This document shows positions 19,413-31,753 of a stretch of DNA of 64,000 bases, piece after piece (the first letter of the stretch is position 1; every line of letters starts with the position of its first letter). Origin of the DNA: an uncultured delta proteobacterium (lineage in GTDB: Bacteria > Myxococcota_A > Polyangia > Polyangiales > Polyangiaceae); the NCBI GenBank assembly GCA_963806225.1, contig CAWDXG010000001.1, positions 1,056,001 to 1,120,000 of the forward strand, in the 5' to 3' direction. A model generated the notes under the pieces. That model searched no databases. It saw only the letters and a list, made by a program, of their open reading frames with translations, and was not told where the DNA came from. The translations under genes and the position numbers were made by a program.

Positions 19413-21353
19413 TCAGCGCCGGCCGGGAGCAGGCTTTTTCCGCCCCTTTGCGGGCTGGCTGCTGCCCGCGGCAGCAGCGAACTGCTTGAAGAAGTCGTCG
19501 CCGGAGCCGGCGCTGCCGGTGGGCTCCGGAGCGGCCGCGGTCTCGCTGGTGCCCGCTTTTTCCGGCTCGGGCGCCGGAGCGGCGGCGGATGCCGTGGGGT
19601 GTGGAGTCGGATTTTCGGCGGGCGACGCAGTGTGCGGCGCCGCAGCGGCAGTCGGCGGAGACGGCGCGGAGGGGGACGTGGCTGGAGCCGGGCTTCGGTT
19701 CCTGCCGAGGATGACGAGCGCCAGCACGACGAGCAGCGCGACACCGCCGATCGCCAGTACCCACAACAGGGCGCCCCGCCGCTGTCTGGCGGGGGGTGAG
19801 GCTGGGACCAACGGCTCTGCCATGTCCGGTCCGCCGGTCAGGCCGGACAGGAGCTCGCTTCCGGTGGTGGCCGGCAGGAGCGGCGGCGCGTCGTTTGCGG
19901 GCGGGGAGAGCCCCGCCGCGCTGGGCAGCGAGGGCGGGGCTTCGTTGTCCGGGGCGGAAGCGCGAGCGGCGCTGGGCAGCGGCGGCGGAGCTTCGTTGTC
20001 CGGGGCCGAGGCACGCGGCGGAGGCGGAGCCGGGGGTATCGCGGCGGGAGTGTCGACCGTGCCGAGCATCTCGGGGCGGACGCTGGTGATGATCTCGTAC
20101 CCGTCGTCGCTGGTGGCGGCTTCTGGTGCTGCGGCGGGAGTTCCGCGCGAGACAGAGCGCGGCAGCGGCGGAGCGGCCGGAGCGGCCGGAGTGTCGACCG
20201 TGTCGACCATCTCGGGGCGGACGCTGGTGATGATCTCGTATTCTTCGTCGCTTGTCGCGTGGGGCGCCTGGTGCGCGGTGCTGTCGCTCGATCCCTTCAG
20301 GAACGGGTTGGGCGCGGGCAGAGCCGCGTGTCGCGGCGGCGGTGGCTTCCGGGCCGGCGGCTTCTTCGCGGCCACCGGCGCCTTGTCCGCCACGGGTGGC
20401 ACGGGCCGATGCGCCGGCGTCTTCGGCAGATGCGCCGCGAGCTCGGCAACCTCGCCGATCGGTAGCCAGTCGCTCATCCCTTCGCGCCACACGATCGTCT
20501 CTGCCGTGAGCGCGCCTCGGCCGAGCTCGCGCGCGATGTCCGCTTCGGCCATCTTGCGGTCGTCGGCCTCGTCGTCGTAGCTGACGAGCCAGCGCGTCGA
20601 CGCGCTGGCGGCCCGCGGGGCCTTTGCGGCAGCAGACCTGGGTGCCGCGACAGGCGGCCGTGGCGACGCGGCTTTCGCAGGGGCGGGCTTCGGGGCCGCG
20701 GCTTTCGCAGGGGCAGGCTTCGGGGTCGCGGCTTTCGCAGGCGCAGGCTTCGGGGTCGCGGCTTTCGCAGGCGCGGGCTTCGGGGTTGCGGCCTGCGCAG
20801 GCGCGGGCTTCGGGGTCGCGGCCTTCGCAGGGGCAGGCTTCGGGGTCGCGGCCTTCGTCGGGGCAGGCTTCGGGGTCGCGGCCTTCGTCGGGGCAGGCTT
20901 CGGGGTCGCGGCCTTCGCCGGGGCAGGCTTCGCAGAAGCGGTGGGCTTTTCGCCTGGAACGGGGCCGGCGGTCGTGGGCCCGGGCGCCGGCATGGGAGGC
21001 GCGGGGATGCTCCAGGACAAGTCGACGTCTGCTGCGCCGGCCGGTTTCCTCGCCGTCGGAGCCGCCCGGGGGGGGACCGCTTCGGGCTTGGCCGCTTCGG
21101 GCTTGGCGGCTTCGGGCTTGGCGGCTTCGGGCTTGGCGGCTTCGGGCTTGGCCGCTTCGGGCTTGGCCGCTTCGGGCTTGGCCGCTTCGGCTTTCGTCAC
21201 GCGCGGTGGCGACACGGTGCCGTCCACCCGCATGCCGCCCTTGCAGCGCTTGCACTTGAGCACCGCGACCTGTCCCGCGACCCGCCGCTCATAGACCCCG
21301 TCGGGGATCTTCAGCGCGTGCCCGCACTCCGGGCAGGAGACCGAGACTGCCAT
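19413..21353 (-). CDS. Zinc-ribbon + GYF_2 (DUF4339) membrane protein with long low-complexity linkers
   Basis: CPEC...CKRC; TIVWREGMSDWLPIGEVAEL; single TM near C-terminus. Confidence 0.8.
   Translation of the reverse strand: MAVSVSCPECGHALKIPDGVYERRVAGQVAVLKCKRCKGGMRVDGTVSPPRVTKAEAAKPEAAKPEAAKPEAAKPEAAKPEAAKPEAAKPEAVPPRAAPTARKPAGAADVDLSWSIPAPPMPAPGPTTAGPVPGEKPTASAKPAPAKAATPKPAPTKAATPKPAPTKAATPKPAPAKAATPKPAPAQAATPKPAPAKAATPKPAPAKAATPKPAPAKAAAPKPAPAKAASPRPPVAAPRSAAAKAPRAASASTRWLVSYDDEADDRKMAEADIARELGRGALTAETIVWREGMSDWLPIGEVAELAAHLPKTPAHRPVPPVADKAPVAAKKPPARKPPPPRHAALPAPNPFLKGSSDSTAHQAPHATSDEEYEIITSVRPEMVDTVDTPAAPAAPPLPRSVSRGTPAAAPEAATSDDGYEIITSVRPEMLGTVDTPAAIPPAPPPPRASAPDNEAPPPLPSAARASAPDNEAPPSLPSAAGLSPPANDAPPLLPATTGSELLSGLTGGPDMAEPLVPASPPARQRRGALLWVLAIGGVALLVVLALVILGRNRSPAPATSPSAPSPPTAAAAPHTASPAENPTPHPTASAAAPAPEPEKAGTSETAAAPEPTGSAGSGDDFFKQFAAAAGSSQPAKGRKKPAPGRR
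20670..20933. repeat. 30-nt coding tandem repeat (KPAPAKAATP, ~9 copies)
   Basis: gcaggcttcggggtcgcggc(t/c)ttcgcaggg units. Confidence 0.9.
21078..21190. repeat. 15-nt coding tandem repeat (AAKPE x7)
   Basis: gcttcgggcttggc(c/g) units. Confidence 0.9.
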
Positions 21354-21424
21354 GCGACGGCAAGCCTACACGTTGCTTCGCGGAGCCTCAAACGCCGCGG
21401 GCCGGCGCGGCGACCGGCTGCCCG

Positions 21425-22876
<1,452 letters not shown>

Positions 22877-23105
22877 CTCCGTTTGCGGCTCTCGGTGAAG
22901 AATGGTCCGGGCCGGAACAGGACTTGATAGCAGATCAGCGGTGCAGGCGCCCGGAGCATCTGGGCTATCGCGGCAAGTCGATTCCGGCGGGCGGCAGGAG
23001 GGAGCCACGCCTAGCCCAGGTTCGGCCGGAAGTCCCAACAAAAAGAGCCGGACGCACTGGGACAGCAGGAACTCGCGCTGTTCCGGACCTGCGCCCGGGG
23101 CATCG

Positions 23106-24335
23106 TTACGACCCCGACGCGGCGCCCGCGCGCCCGGCCAGCGGCTCGGAAGGCGGCAGTCGTCTGGGCGGCAGCACCAGAGCCCCGCTCGCTGCGACGC
23201 CGCCATGCCGCGGGATCCTGTACTCCTTTTTGGCCTGGATCAGCGTCGAACGGAGCCCGTTCGCGCGCTGGATGGCCTGGACGGTGGTGTGGTAGCGCCG
23301 CGCGAGCTGCGCCAGGGTCTCGCCCTTCTTGACCTTGTGCGTGACGTAATACGTCGGCGGCTTGATCAGGCCGTGCTTGACCAGCAGCGGGTAGGCTCTC
23401 CGGGCCCGGGCCTGCGCCTTGGGGCTGTAGAAGCGCACGTGGATGTGCGTGCGGTGTCCCGCGGCGTGGATGATGAGCGGTCGGAGCTTGCCCGGGCGGC
23501 CGCGGAAGACGTCGTCCAACCAGGCGCGGTCCTCGCCGATCGACAGCGCGTAGTCCTTGATGAGCTTCTGGATCGAGCGATCGATGATGAGCAGCTTGAC
23601 GTCGGTCAAAGTGATCACCGCCCTCACGAAAGCCCACGTGCGCGGCAGGTCGAGGTTGTCGCGCGTGGCGTAGCGGTACCAGCGCTGCTTGTCCGGCTTG
23701 TAGTAGTAGCTCACGTCGACGTCGCGCCCCGACTGGTGGCTGACGTGCGGCACGAGGTGACCGCCGTGGCGTGCACTGATGTGCCCGATGTACATTGGCG
23801 GTGAACCGGGGAACTCGTCGTTGACGTGTTCGATGCAGCGGATCAGGTCATCGACCGTCTCCCGCGTGCCCCACTCGTGTGCCGCGTCGACGCGCTTCCA
23901 GTGTTCGCCTGGTGGCATCTGCACGCCGTTGAACAGGGCGCCGGCATCACAGCTGCCGACCGAGATCGAGCCGAGCCGGTCCGGATTCTCGAGCAGGGTC
24001 TTGTCGATCTCCTGCGTGGTCATGCCGGCGAGCGGATCGGGAGGCTTCGTGCCGTGGCCCAGATAGCCGGCGGCTCCGCTCCCGCCGCTGTCGTCGAGCG
24101 GCTCGTCCTCGCTCTCGTTCGAGTAGGCCGGATCGTTCGCCGGTGGGTCGGCGGCGGGCTTGGCGGGCGCGCTCCCCGCGTCGTTGCCGCCCGTCGTACC
24201 GGCGCCGGGAGCGGGTGCCGACTGGGCGTGCGGTGCAGAATGCGCGGGCGCTGTGACGGCAGGCGCGGTCAGCGTCGACCGGCCGGCGCAGGCCGCTACT
24301 GCCAGCATCAGGAGCGGGAGCAGGCTCCGGTGCAT
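23106..24335 (-). CDS. Penicillin-insensitive murein endopeptidase (MepA-like) + LysM lipoprotein
   Basis: [36 protein letters not shown]. Confidence 0.85.
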   Translation of the reverse strand: MHRSLLPLLMLAVAACAGRSTLTAPAVTAPAHSAPHAQSAPAPGAGTTGGNDAGSAPAKPAADPPANDPAYSNESEDEPLDDSGGSGAAGYLGHGTKPPDPLAGMTTQEIDKTLLENPDRLGSISVGSCDAGALFNGVQMPPGEHWKRVDAAHEWGTRETVDDLIRCIEHVNDEFPGSPPMYIGHISARHGGHLVPHVSHQSGRDVDVSYYYKPDKQRWYRYATRDNLDLPRTWAFVRAVITLTDVKLLIIDRSIQKLIKDYALSIGEDRAWLDDVFRGRPGKLRPLIIHAAGHRTHIHVRFYSPKAQARARRAYPLLVKHGLIKPPTYYVTHKVKKGETLAQLARRYHTTVQAIQRANGLRSTLIQAKKEYRIPRHGGVAASGALVLPPRRLPPSEPLAGRAGAASGS

Positions 24336-24574
24336 GAGGTCGAACGGTAGTCGACAGAGCGGGGGCGCGCCAATCGCGACCGCTCTGACCCTTCAAGCAA
24401 GCCGCGCGAACCCGCTGCTCTCGCGCCGCGACCCAGCCTGTGCGTGTGGGTCCATGTGCTCCATATCGCACGTTGTCCTTCCATTCTGCGCTTGCGGGGC
24501 AGACGACGCTTTCCATCTGCTGCTGTTTCGGGCATTGCTTTCTGGGCAACACTCGAGAAAGGGGGTCGTCGACG

Positions 24575-25066
24575 ATGATGGTTCCGGGGCACGACGGTCA
24601 GCAGGGGCTCACGCGCGAGCAGCGGCGCTCGCGACGCAAGCGGCGGGTGCGCGCGAAGACGATCAGCGTCAAGCGCCTCAGTCAGCGAGAGTTGGCACGG
24701 GGAAGGCGGGAGTTCGCCGAGCTCGACGCAGCGCGTCCGAGGACGCGTGCAGAGTGTGAGGACGGCCCCAGGCCGTGCCCGCACGTGTCGTGCAGGCATC
24801 ACCTGTATCTGGACGTGTCGCCACAGACAGGCGCGATCAAGCTGAATTTCCCCGACCTGGAAGTCTGGGAGATGGCGATTTCGTGCGCATTGGACGTGGC
24901 TGACGACGGCGGCGTCACGCTGGAAGACGTTGGCAGCATCATGAACCTGACGCGCGAGCGCATCCGGCAGATGGAGATCAAGGCGCTGTCGCGACTTTCG
25001 TCGGTGAGGGACATGAAGGAGCTGCGCGACTACGTGGAACCCGCCGCGCATCCGGGACTCGGGTAG
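24575..25066 (+). CDS. Sigma-70 region 4 HTH protein with Cys/His-rich N-domain
   Basis: [22 protein letters not shown]...[24 protein letters not shown]. Confidence 0.8.
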   Translation: MMVPGHDGQQGLTREQRRSRRKRRVRAKTISVKRLSQRELARGRREFAELDAARPRTRAECEDGPRPCPHVSCRHHLYLDVSPQTGAIKLNFPDLEVWEMAISCALDVADDGGVTLEDVGSIMNLTRERIRQMEIKALSRLSSVRDMKELRDYVEPAAHPGLG

Positions 25067-25081
25067 CCACGCCGTCCGGCT

Positions 25082-26554
25082 TCAGCACCACCTGACGCGG
25101 ACGCGGTAGGTGATCTTCGTCTTGGCGTTGGCCGGGACCTTCACGGTGAAGGTGAAGGTGTGGGCGTCCAGCTTCTTTGTCGGGTGGCTGGAGGAGAGGA
25201 TCGACCACTCACCGCCGATGGGCTCGAAGTCCTCGACCGTGACGGCGCTGTTCTTGTGGTTCCTGAGCTCGATCTGCCATGCGCTCTCGGACGCGCAGGT
25301 GCCGAGTGTTCTCCAGTCGGTCTGCTTTCGCTCGCCGACCACGTCGAAGGCCTCGCCCATCTTGATGCGGAGCTTCTCGTCCTTCGGCGTGTGGTCGATG
25401 GAGTCCTCGCCGATGAACTGCTTCTGTCCCGAGCTGTCGGCCTTGTAGACGCGGACGGTGCCCTTGGGCAGCGGCATGCCCATGTGGTTCTGCCTGGAGT
25501 TCTTGATGTCGAGGTAGACGCCCACCTTCTGGTTCGACATCACCTGTCCGTAGCGTCCGCGGTACCAGTACTGCTGGCCGTAGAAGATGAGCTTCTTGTC
25601 GACGTGGAGGCCGGCCGCCTGGAGCAGCGTGACCTGCTTCTGCTCGTTGTCGAGCACGTCGGTCGGATGCGAGAGCGTGTACAGGTGGTACTCGAAAAAG
25701 CCCTCCTCGCGGAAACCGGGGCCCCGGTCGTCCTGTTCCTTGTCGGCGGCACCGTCTTCGTCCAGCGCGTCCATCGGCGGCTGCACGCGGTTCACGTCGC
25801 CGGCGACGAGCTTGAGGTGGGCGTTCTTGTAGGAGGCGCCAGAACGGTTGTCGAGCGTGACCCAGCCGGTGAGATCGCCGCGCCGGTCGTTCTTGCCGAT
25901 GACCAGCACGTAGTCGGCATGCCAGTTGATGCCGCCTGTGAGGTAGGTGGCCTCGACGCGCTGGCGCGGCTGCTTGCTCTGTAGCTTCCAGACGAGCGTG
26001 GGCTTGGCGATGAGGTTGTCGGGCACGCTGGGAAATGCGAAGCGCCCTGGGAAACCGTAGGTGACCTCGCCGTTCACGCGCACGACGGCCTGGCCGTTCA
26101 CCACACTGAGCAGGTCCGCGTTGTAGACGATGTCGCGCCCGCGCTTGTCGTCCCAGCGGTAGAGCTTGACCTTCTTGCCCACGTATTTCTGCAGCAGCTT
26201 CTGGGGGCTGAGCAGGTCGTAGCGGTAGTTCTGCTCGAGCACGTCGAGCGCGCCGGGATTGGTGAGCGACTTGATGTGCACGGTTGCGGGCTGGATGCGC
26301 GAAGCGACATCGCGGAAGTCGAGCGAGACCTGCCCCGTGCCGAGATCGACGTCGCGCACCTCGCGCACCAGCCCCAGATTCTGGTTGTAGACGGTGATGT
26401 CCACTTCCTTGCGGTCGGCGGAGGTCGAGTGCTTGCCCGCCGGTGCCGCGTGGGCGGTGGAGCCGGCGAACAGGCCCGTCCCGACCAGGAGTAGGCCGGC
26501 GAGGTGGCCGAACGAGCTACGGGAGCTTTCCAGGATAGAGCGACGCACCATCAT
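25082..26554 (-). CDS. DUF4139-domain secreted protein, copy C (near-identical to copy A)
   Basis: DNA nearly identical to 325..1713. Confidence 0.88.
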   Translation of the reverse strand: MMVRRSILESSRSSFGHLAGLLLVGTGLFAGSTAHAAPAGKHSTSADRKEVDITVYNQNLGLVREVRDVDLGTGQVSLDFRDVASRIQPATVHIKSLTNPGALDVLEQNYRYDLLSPQKLLQKYVGKKVKLYRWDDKRGRDIVYNADLLSVVNGQAVVRVNGEVTYGFPGRFAFPSVPDNLIAKPTLVWKLQSKQPRQRVEATYLTGGINWHADYVLVIGKNDRRGDLTGWVTLDNRSGASYKNAHLKLVAGDVNRVQPPMDALDEDGAADKEQDDRGPGFREEGFFEYHLYTLSHPTDVLDNEQKQVTLLQAAGLHVDKKLIFYGQQYWYRGRYGQVMSNQKVGVYLDIKNSRQNHMGMPLPKGTVRVYKADSSGQKQFIGEDSIDHTPKDEKLRIKMGEAFDVVGERKQTDWRTLGTCASESAWQIELRNHKNSAVTVEDFEPIGGEWSILSSSHPTKKLDAHTFTFTVKVPANAKTKITYRVRVRWC

Positions 26555-26856
26555 CCTCTCGAACGCAGGCCTCGCCGCGAGCTTACACCCGCCCGGACGA
26601 ACGAGCGCGATCCCCCGAGCCGACCCGCCGGCGGCATGTCGGTACGGTGCTTGCAGACCAGATCCAGCGTGGCTGGCATGAAGCGAGAGTGCGCGGTCGA
26701 GCCCACGGAAAGCGCAGCACCCGTTCCGCCCGGTCGCGCAACTCACCTCAGCTCCAGCGCAGCTTCTGCGTATCGCACCTGCTCGCACCCGCTTCACGCA
26801 CGGGGGCTAATTGCGCCGGCGATGCGGCGCCATGTTGCAGGTTGGGAGACTTGAAG

Positions 26857-27795
26857 ATGGCTGACACCGAACCGGTTCACCTGGCGCCCCGGGCGCGCAT
26901 CCCGACGCCGACCGAGGGGCTCGAGGCGGTCACCTCGCGGCCCGGGTCGGCGCCCCACGCGCGTGACCACTCGCTGCTCATGACCCTCGCGGGCGAACAG
27001 CCAGGATTGGTCGTGGAGCTGAGGGGGCCAGAGGTGGTGATCGGGCGCGGCGACCGCGTCGGACTACGCGTCACGGATCCCGGTGTGTCCTGGCGTCACG
27101 CGCGCGTGTTCAAGAGCGGCGGCCACTACTACATCGAGGATCTCCGCAGCACCAACGGCACTTTCGTGGGGGCCGAGCGAGTCGTCGAGCCGCGGCGGCT
27201 GGAGGACGGCGACCACATCGGGCTCGGACGGCGGACCGTGCTGCGCTACGGCCGCTACGACGATCTCGAAGCCGACGCGGCAATGCGCATGTACGAGTCG
27301 ACGGTGCGCGACGCGCTGACCGGTGCGCACAATCGCAGCTACTTCGACGAGCGCTTGCGCAGCGAGTTCTCGTTCGCCCAGCGGCACGAGTCGAGCCTGT
27401 CGCTGCTGATGCTCGACATCGATCACTTCAAGCTGGTCAACGACGCCCACGGGCATGCCGTCGGCGACGCCGTGCTGCGAGTCCTGGTGCGTCTGCTCGA
27501 ACGGATCGTCAGACCTGAAGACGTGCTGGCGCGCTACGGGGGAGAGGAATTCGTGGTCTTGGCCCGCGAGATCTCCACGGACAATGCCAATATCCTTGCC
27601 GATCGCATCTGTGCACAGGTCGCCGCGCTGGAGCTGCCCTGGCAGGATTCGACGATCCGCATCACGGTGAGCGTGGGCGTCGCGACGCAGTCGACCGACT
27701 CCGTGTACGACAGCCCACAGGGCCTGGTCGCGGCCGCCGACTCGGCGATGTACGAAGCCAAGGCGCGTGGGCGCAACCAGGTCGTGACGGCGTGA
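26857..27795 (+). CDS. FHA-GGDEF diguanylate cyclase
   Basis: IGRG..SWRHA..STNGT FHA; RPED I-site; GGEEF. Confidence 0.92.
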   Translation: MADTEPVHLAPRARIPTPTEGLEAVTSRPGSAPHARDHSLLMTLAGEQPGLVVELRGPEVVIGRGDRVGLRVTDPGVSWRHARVFKSGGHYYIEDLRSTNGTFVGAERVVEPRRLEDGDHIGLGRRTVLRYGRYDDLEADAAMRMYESTVRDALTGAHNRSYFDERLRSEFSFAQRHESSLSLLMLDIDHFKLVNDAHGHAVGDAVLRVLVRLLERIVRPEDVLARYGGEEFVVLAREISTDNANILADRICAQVAALELPWQDSTIRITVSVGVATQSTDSVYDSPQGLVAAADSAMYEAKARGRNQVVTA

Positions 27796-27841
27796 GCCGC
27801 GGGTCGACCCCTGACGCGAGCGTGGTGCCGGACGCCCGGAT

Positions 27842-28330
27842 TCAAGGTGCGGCGCGCGCCGGCACCAGCCCCTCGTCGGCCAGCCGCGCGTGGATGCGCG
27901 TCGCCGACAGGGAGCTCAGATCGCGCGTGAGCTCCATGACGCGCAGGCTGGCGGGCAGAGCCGACCCAAGCTCGACGCGCAGGAAACCGAGCATGCGCGG
28001 GTCCGCGACCAGCACGAGGTGCTCGACCCGCCGCTCGCGCGAGAAGCTCGTGATCTCGGCAGCGAGGCGCCGTGCGAACCTCCGCTCGAACTCGTCCTTG
28101 TGCCGGCCTCTGTGGTCGTCGTAGCCGTGGCCGGGCCCGTTACCCGGTGCCTGGTTGCGACCGCTCTTGAGGTTCGAGAAGAGCTCGCGGCTGCGTTGGG
28201 CCTTCTCGGGATTGACGAGATCGCGACGCTCCGCGAGATCAGGGCCGCCTTCCAGCTCTGGTATTCCGGCCTGCTCCAGAGTGAAGAAGCGGGCGCGGGA
28301 ACCGTCGGCGACAACGATGCAGTAGTTCAT
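27842..28330 (-). CDS. Host attachment family protein (eRF1-like fold)
   Basis: IVVADGSRARFF...FARRLA...LVLVADPRMLGFLR. Confidence 0.85.
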   Translation of the reverse strand: MNYCIVVADGSRARFFTLEQAGIPELEGGPDLAERRDLVNPEKAQRSRELFSNLKSGRNQAPGNGPGHGYDDHRGRHKDEFERRFARRLAAEITSFSRERRVEHLVLVADPRMLGFLRVELGSALPASLRVMELTRDLSSLSATRIHARLADEGLVPARAAP

Positions 28331-28608
28331 GGGCGCATGTCCCCCGTCGTGCGGATGAAGCGGTGGGGCTCCACCACCACTGAAGCAAGGGTCGGACCAG
28401 TCTCCGTACGGCGGACGCACGTTTCCCGGCCTTCGGGATGTACGAGGTTCGAAAGGTGTTCCTTTGTGCCCCTGTTGCGCCGGAATGACACACTCGCGGA
28501 ACAGCACCACGGTGCGGCGCCAGGATGGAAAAACGTGGCGATCGGGCGCAACAGCCCCCGCCCCCCGAGGTTGCCGTTGCCTCCCGACCCGCCACGGACG
28601 TTGGCATG

Positions 28609-28624
28609 TGCAGGCTTCGTACCA
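28609..28624 (-). promoter_or_regulatory. Putative sigma54 promoter (host attachment gene)
   Basis: TGGTACG-AAGC-CTGCA, GG-N10-GC spacing. Confidence 0.5.
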
Positions 28625-28744
28625 GCGACCACGCGGCAGCGTTTGCCAGCGGAACGGCTCGTGCGCCGGAGGCAAGCGTTGCGCACGCATGATCCATCGG
28701 CGCACCGGCTGCGTTGCAGGGGGACCGATGGGCGCACTCCGGAT

Positions 28745-28760
28745 CGGCACGCCGTGTGCA
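28745..28760 (+). promoter_or_regulatory. Putative sigma54 promoter (polX)
   Basis: CGGCACG-CCGT-GTGCA just upstream of ATG 28776. Confidence 0.55.
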
Positions 28761-28775
28761 GCTCCCGGGTCGGAG

Positions 28776-30590
28776 ATGGGGATGAGCTCGAAGGCGATCA
28801 CGAATGCCGACATCGCCCGCGCGCTGCGCGAGCTCGCGGTGTTCCTGGAGATGCACGACGTCCAGTTCAAGCCCCGCGCGTTCGAGAAAGCGGCATTCGC
28901 CGTAGAGGCGGCCGAACGCCCGCTCACCGGAGTCTACGCCGAAGGCGGCGTGCCCGCGCTCGAGAAGCTGCCTTCGGTCGGGCACGGCACCGCGAAACGC
29001 ATCGCCGAGCTCATCGACACGGGCAGCATCCAGGAGCTGGAGCGGGAACGCAGCGAGCTGCCCGTGGATGTGCTGGCGCTCACTTCGGTCCAGGGCATCG
29101 GACCGAAAACGGTTCGCGCCTTGCACGAAGCGCTCGGAATCCAGAGTGTGGACGAGCTGGAGAAGGCCGCCCGCGCCGGCCGCGTCCGCGAGGTCGCCGA
29201 GTTCGGCGAGAAGAGCGAGGAGAACATCCTGCGTGGCATCGAGGCGTATCGCGCTGTGCGCGGCCGCCGTCCGCTCGGCCAGGTCGTCGATCTGGTCACG
29301 CGCATCGAGGACCGCCTGCAGCGCCTGTCCGGCGTGCGTTCGGTCGCCGTGGCGGGCTCGGTCCGGCGTCGCCGCGACACGGTCGGGGATGTGGATATCC
29401 TGGTGGCCGCGGCGCAGCCGGGTCCAATCATGGAAGCCTTCGCGACCATGCCCGAGGTGGTCCGCGTCTACGCGCAGGGGGAGACCAGGACCAGCGTGCG
29501 GCTTTCGGTGGGCATCGATGCGGATCTGCGCGTGATCCACCCAGGCTCGTTCGGCGCGGCGCTGCAGTACTTCACCGGCAGCAAGGCTCACAACGTGGCG
29601 TTGCGCCGGATCGCGCGGCACAACGGGCTCAAGCTCAACGAGTATGGGCTCTTCCGCGCCGACCGGATGATCGTGGCGCGCAGCGAAGAGGAAATCTACG
29701 ACGCGCTTGGGCTCGCCTACATTCCTCCGGAGATGCGCGAGGACACCGGCGAGATCGAGCTCGCGCGCGACGGACGCCTGCCCCGCCTGATCAGACCGGG
29801 CACTCTCAAGGGAGACCTGCAGGTCCACAGCGACTGGTCGGATGGCAACAGCAGCATCCAGGAGATGGCCCTGGCGGCTCGCGGTCGCGGGCTCGAGTAC
29901 ATTGCCATCACCGACCACACCCGGGACCTGGCGATGACCGGTGGCCTCGACGAAACCGCGCTCGTCCAACAGAAGAAGGAGATCCGCCGACTCGACAGGC
30001 GACTCGACGGCATTCGCGTGCTGGCCGGCGCCGAGGTCAACATCCGCGCGGACGGCAGCCTGGACATCTCCGACCAGATCCTGGCTGACCTCGATGTCGT
30101 CGGAGCGGCCATCCACTCGCATTTCGAACAGTCGCGCGAGGAGATGACGGCGCGCCTCATCCGCGCGGTCGAAAACCCGCACGTCGACATCCTGTTCCAC
30201 CCGATGGCGCGTGCTCTGGGGCGTCGTCCCGCTGTCCAGGCCGACTGGGGCGCAGTACTCGACGCCGCGCGCCGTGCGGGGACCGTGCTGGAGGTCGACG
30301 CGCAGCCGGAGCGCCTGGACCTGCCGGACGAGTGGGTGCGCCATGCGGTGGAGGCGGGAGTGAAGCTGACGATCGACTCGGACGCACATCGCCCCCAGGA
30401 GCTCCGCTACGCCAACGACTTCGGGATCGGCGTCGCGCGTCGCGGATGGGCCCAGCGTGCCGACGTTCTGAACACACTTCCCTGTGAACGCCTGCTCGAG
30501 CAGCTCGGCCGCCAGTCCGTCCCGGAGGCGCCGCGCAGCGGCCACAGGCGCCGGCGACAGCGGGGTGCAGAGCACGGAGCGCACCGCTAG
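28776..30590 (+). CDS. polX: DNA polymerase X / PHP 3'-5' exonuclease
   Basis: GSVRR...GDVDIL, DLRV, YFTGSKAHN, LNEYGL, PPEMRE; PHP QVH, TDH, DSDAH. Confidence 0.93.
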   Translation: MGMSSKAITNADIARALRELAVFLEMHDVQFKPRAFEKAAFAVEAAERPLTGVYAEGGVPALEKLPSVGHGTAKRIAELIDTGSIQELERERSELPVDVLALTSVQGIGPKTVRALHEALGIQSVDELEKAARAGRVREVAEFGEKSEENILRGIEAYRAVRGRRPLGQVVDLVTRIEDRLQRLSGVRSVAVAGSVRRRRDTVGDVDILVAAAQPGPIMEAFATMPEVVRVYAQGETRTSVRLSVGIDADLRVIHPGSFGAALQYFTGSKAHNVALRRIARHNGLKLNEYGLFRADRMIVARSEEEIYDALGLAYIPPEMREDTGEIELARDGRLPRLIRPGTLKGDLQVHSDWSDGNSSIQEMALAARGRGLEYIAITDHTRDLAMTGGLDETALVQQKKEIRRLDRRLDGIRVLAGAEVNIRADGSLDISDQILADLDVVGAAIHSHFEQSREEMTARLIRAVENPHVDILFHPMARALGRRPAVQADWGAVLDAARRAGTVLEVDAQPERLDLPDEWVRHAVEAGVKLTIDSDAHRPQELRYANDFGIGVARRGWAQRADVLNTLPCERLLEQLGRQSVPEAPRSGHRRRRQRGAEHGAHR

Positions 30591-30714
30591 CTGCGGGGCC
30601 TAAACGGCCGGGATCGCCTGAAGGTGGTGGGACGCGGCGCGATGTCGTAACCTATGGGCCGGACGCGGGACGCGGCGTCTCGAGCCGCTCCCCCCTTGAA
30701 TACGGTCTTCTACG

Positions 30715-31176
30715 ATGACGGATACCCAGAACAAGAGCAGCAATGCTGCGGATGTCGAAGACGCCATCCCGATGAAGCGGATGAAGCCGACCTGGCTGTT
30801 CGTCGCGGGAGGCGGCGTGCTGGTCGTGATCGGGCTCATCGTGTTCGCGATGCACGGCAGCGCGGACAGCCAGGCGGAGGTCAAGAAGCTCCAGCAGAAG
30901 GCCGGCGCCCAGTTGACGCCGGAGCAGGCGCGCGAGAAGCGCGAGGAGATGAAGGAGCACCTCAAGCTCACGCGCGGAGCCCTCGAGAAGGTCGCGGAGC
31001 AGGATAAGGCCGAGCAGTCTGCCGCGGCGGCGAAGAAGCAGCAGGAAGAGCAGCAGAAGCAGGAAGAAGCGCAGAAGGAGGCCACCCAGAAGGCCGCCAC
31101 TGTTCACCGGGTTGCGGGCAAGAAGATGAAGAAGTCGCTCGACAGCCTCGACAACTACGCGTCCCAGCTCAAGTAG
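30715..31176 (+). CDS. Membrane-anchored coiled-coil hypothetical protein
   Basis: Single TM then K/Q/E-rich helix. Confidence 0.7.
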   Translation: MTDTQNKSSNAADVEDAIPMKRMKPTWLFVAGGGVLVVIGLIVFAMHGSADSQAEVKKLQQKAGAQLTPEQAREKREEMKEHLKLTRGALEKVAEQDKAEQSAAAAKKQQEEQQKQEEAQKEATQKAATVHRVAGKKMKKSLDSLDNYASQLK

Positions 31177-31189
31177 CGCGACGGCGGCG

Positions 31190-31675
31190 CTAGCTGGCCG
31201 CGGGCAGCTGTGCGTGTGCGTGCACACCGTGCACGACCAGCACGGGACACGTGGCTCTACGCACGACGCGCTCTGCGACGCTGCCGAGCAGCCAGCGCGA
31301 AACGCCCGTGCGGCCGTGGCTTCCGATCACGATCAGGTCGTGCCCGTGTTCCCTCGCGTAGGCCACGATCGTGTCCGCGGGCGGACCGTGGAGAACCTGC
31401 ATGGTCACCTGCGCCCGCTGGTCGGGGAGGAGCTTCGCCAACAGCTGCTTCATGGCCGTGGCGGACCGGGCCTTGACGATCTCCGCCAGCGCGGGTCCCG
31501 CCGTGCCCTCGATCCAGACCACCAGATCGGGCCGGATGACGATGGGCGTTTCCCAGGCGTGCACCACTTCGACCTCTGCTCCGAGCCCCTGTGAAAGGAA
31601 CAGCGCCTGCTCCAGAGCGGCGTCGGCGCCCTCGGAGAAGTCGACCGGACAGAGGATCCTGCGGATCGGGACCAT
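31190..31675 (-). CDS. Universal stress protein
   Basis: RILCPVDFS...[12 protein letters not shown]...[29 protein letters not shown]. Confidence 0.93.
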   Translation of the reverse strand: MVPIRRILCPVDFSEGADAALEQALFLSQGLGAEVEVVHAWETPIVIRPDLVVWIEGTAGPALAEIVKARSATAMKQLLAKLLPDQRAQVTMQVLHGPPADTIVAYAREHGHDLIVIGSHGRTGVSRWLLGSVAERVVRRATCPVLVVHGVHAHAQLPAAS

Positions 31676-31723
31676 CGTTCCTCCTCGCCGGGGACGCGGA
31701 GATGCACCCCCGACGATGGACGA

Positions 31724-31739
31724 AGCACACCTTGTGCCG
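31724..31739 (-). promoter_or_regulatory. Putative sigma54 promoter (usp)
   Basis: CGGCACA-AGGT-GTGCT. Confidence 0.5.
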
Positions 31740-31753
31740 GCGTCCGCAGTCAT

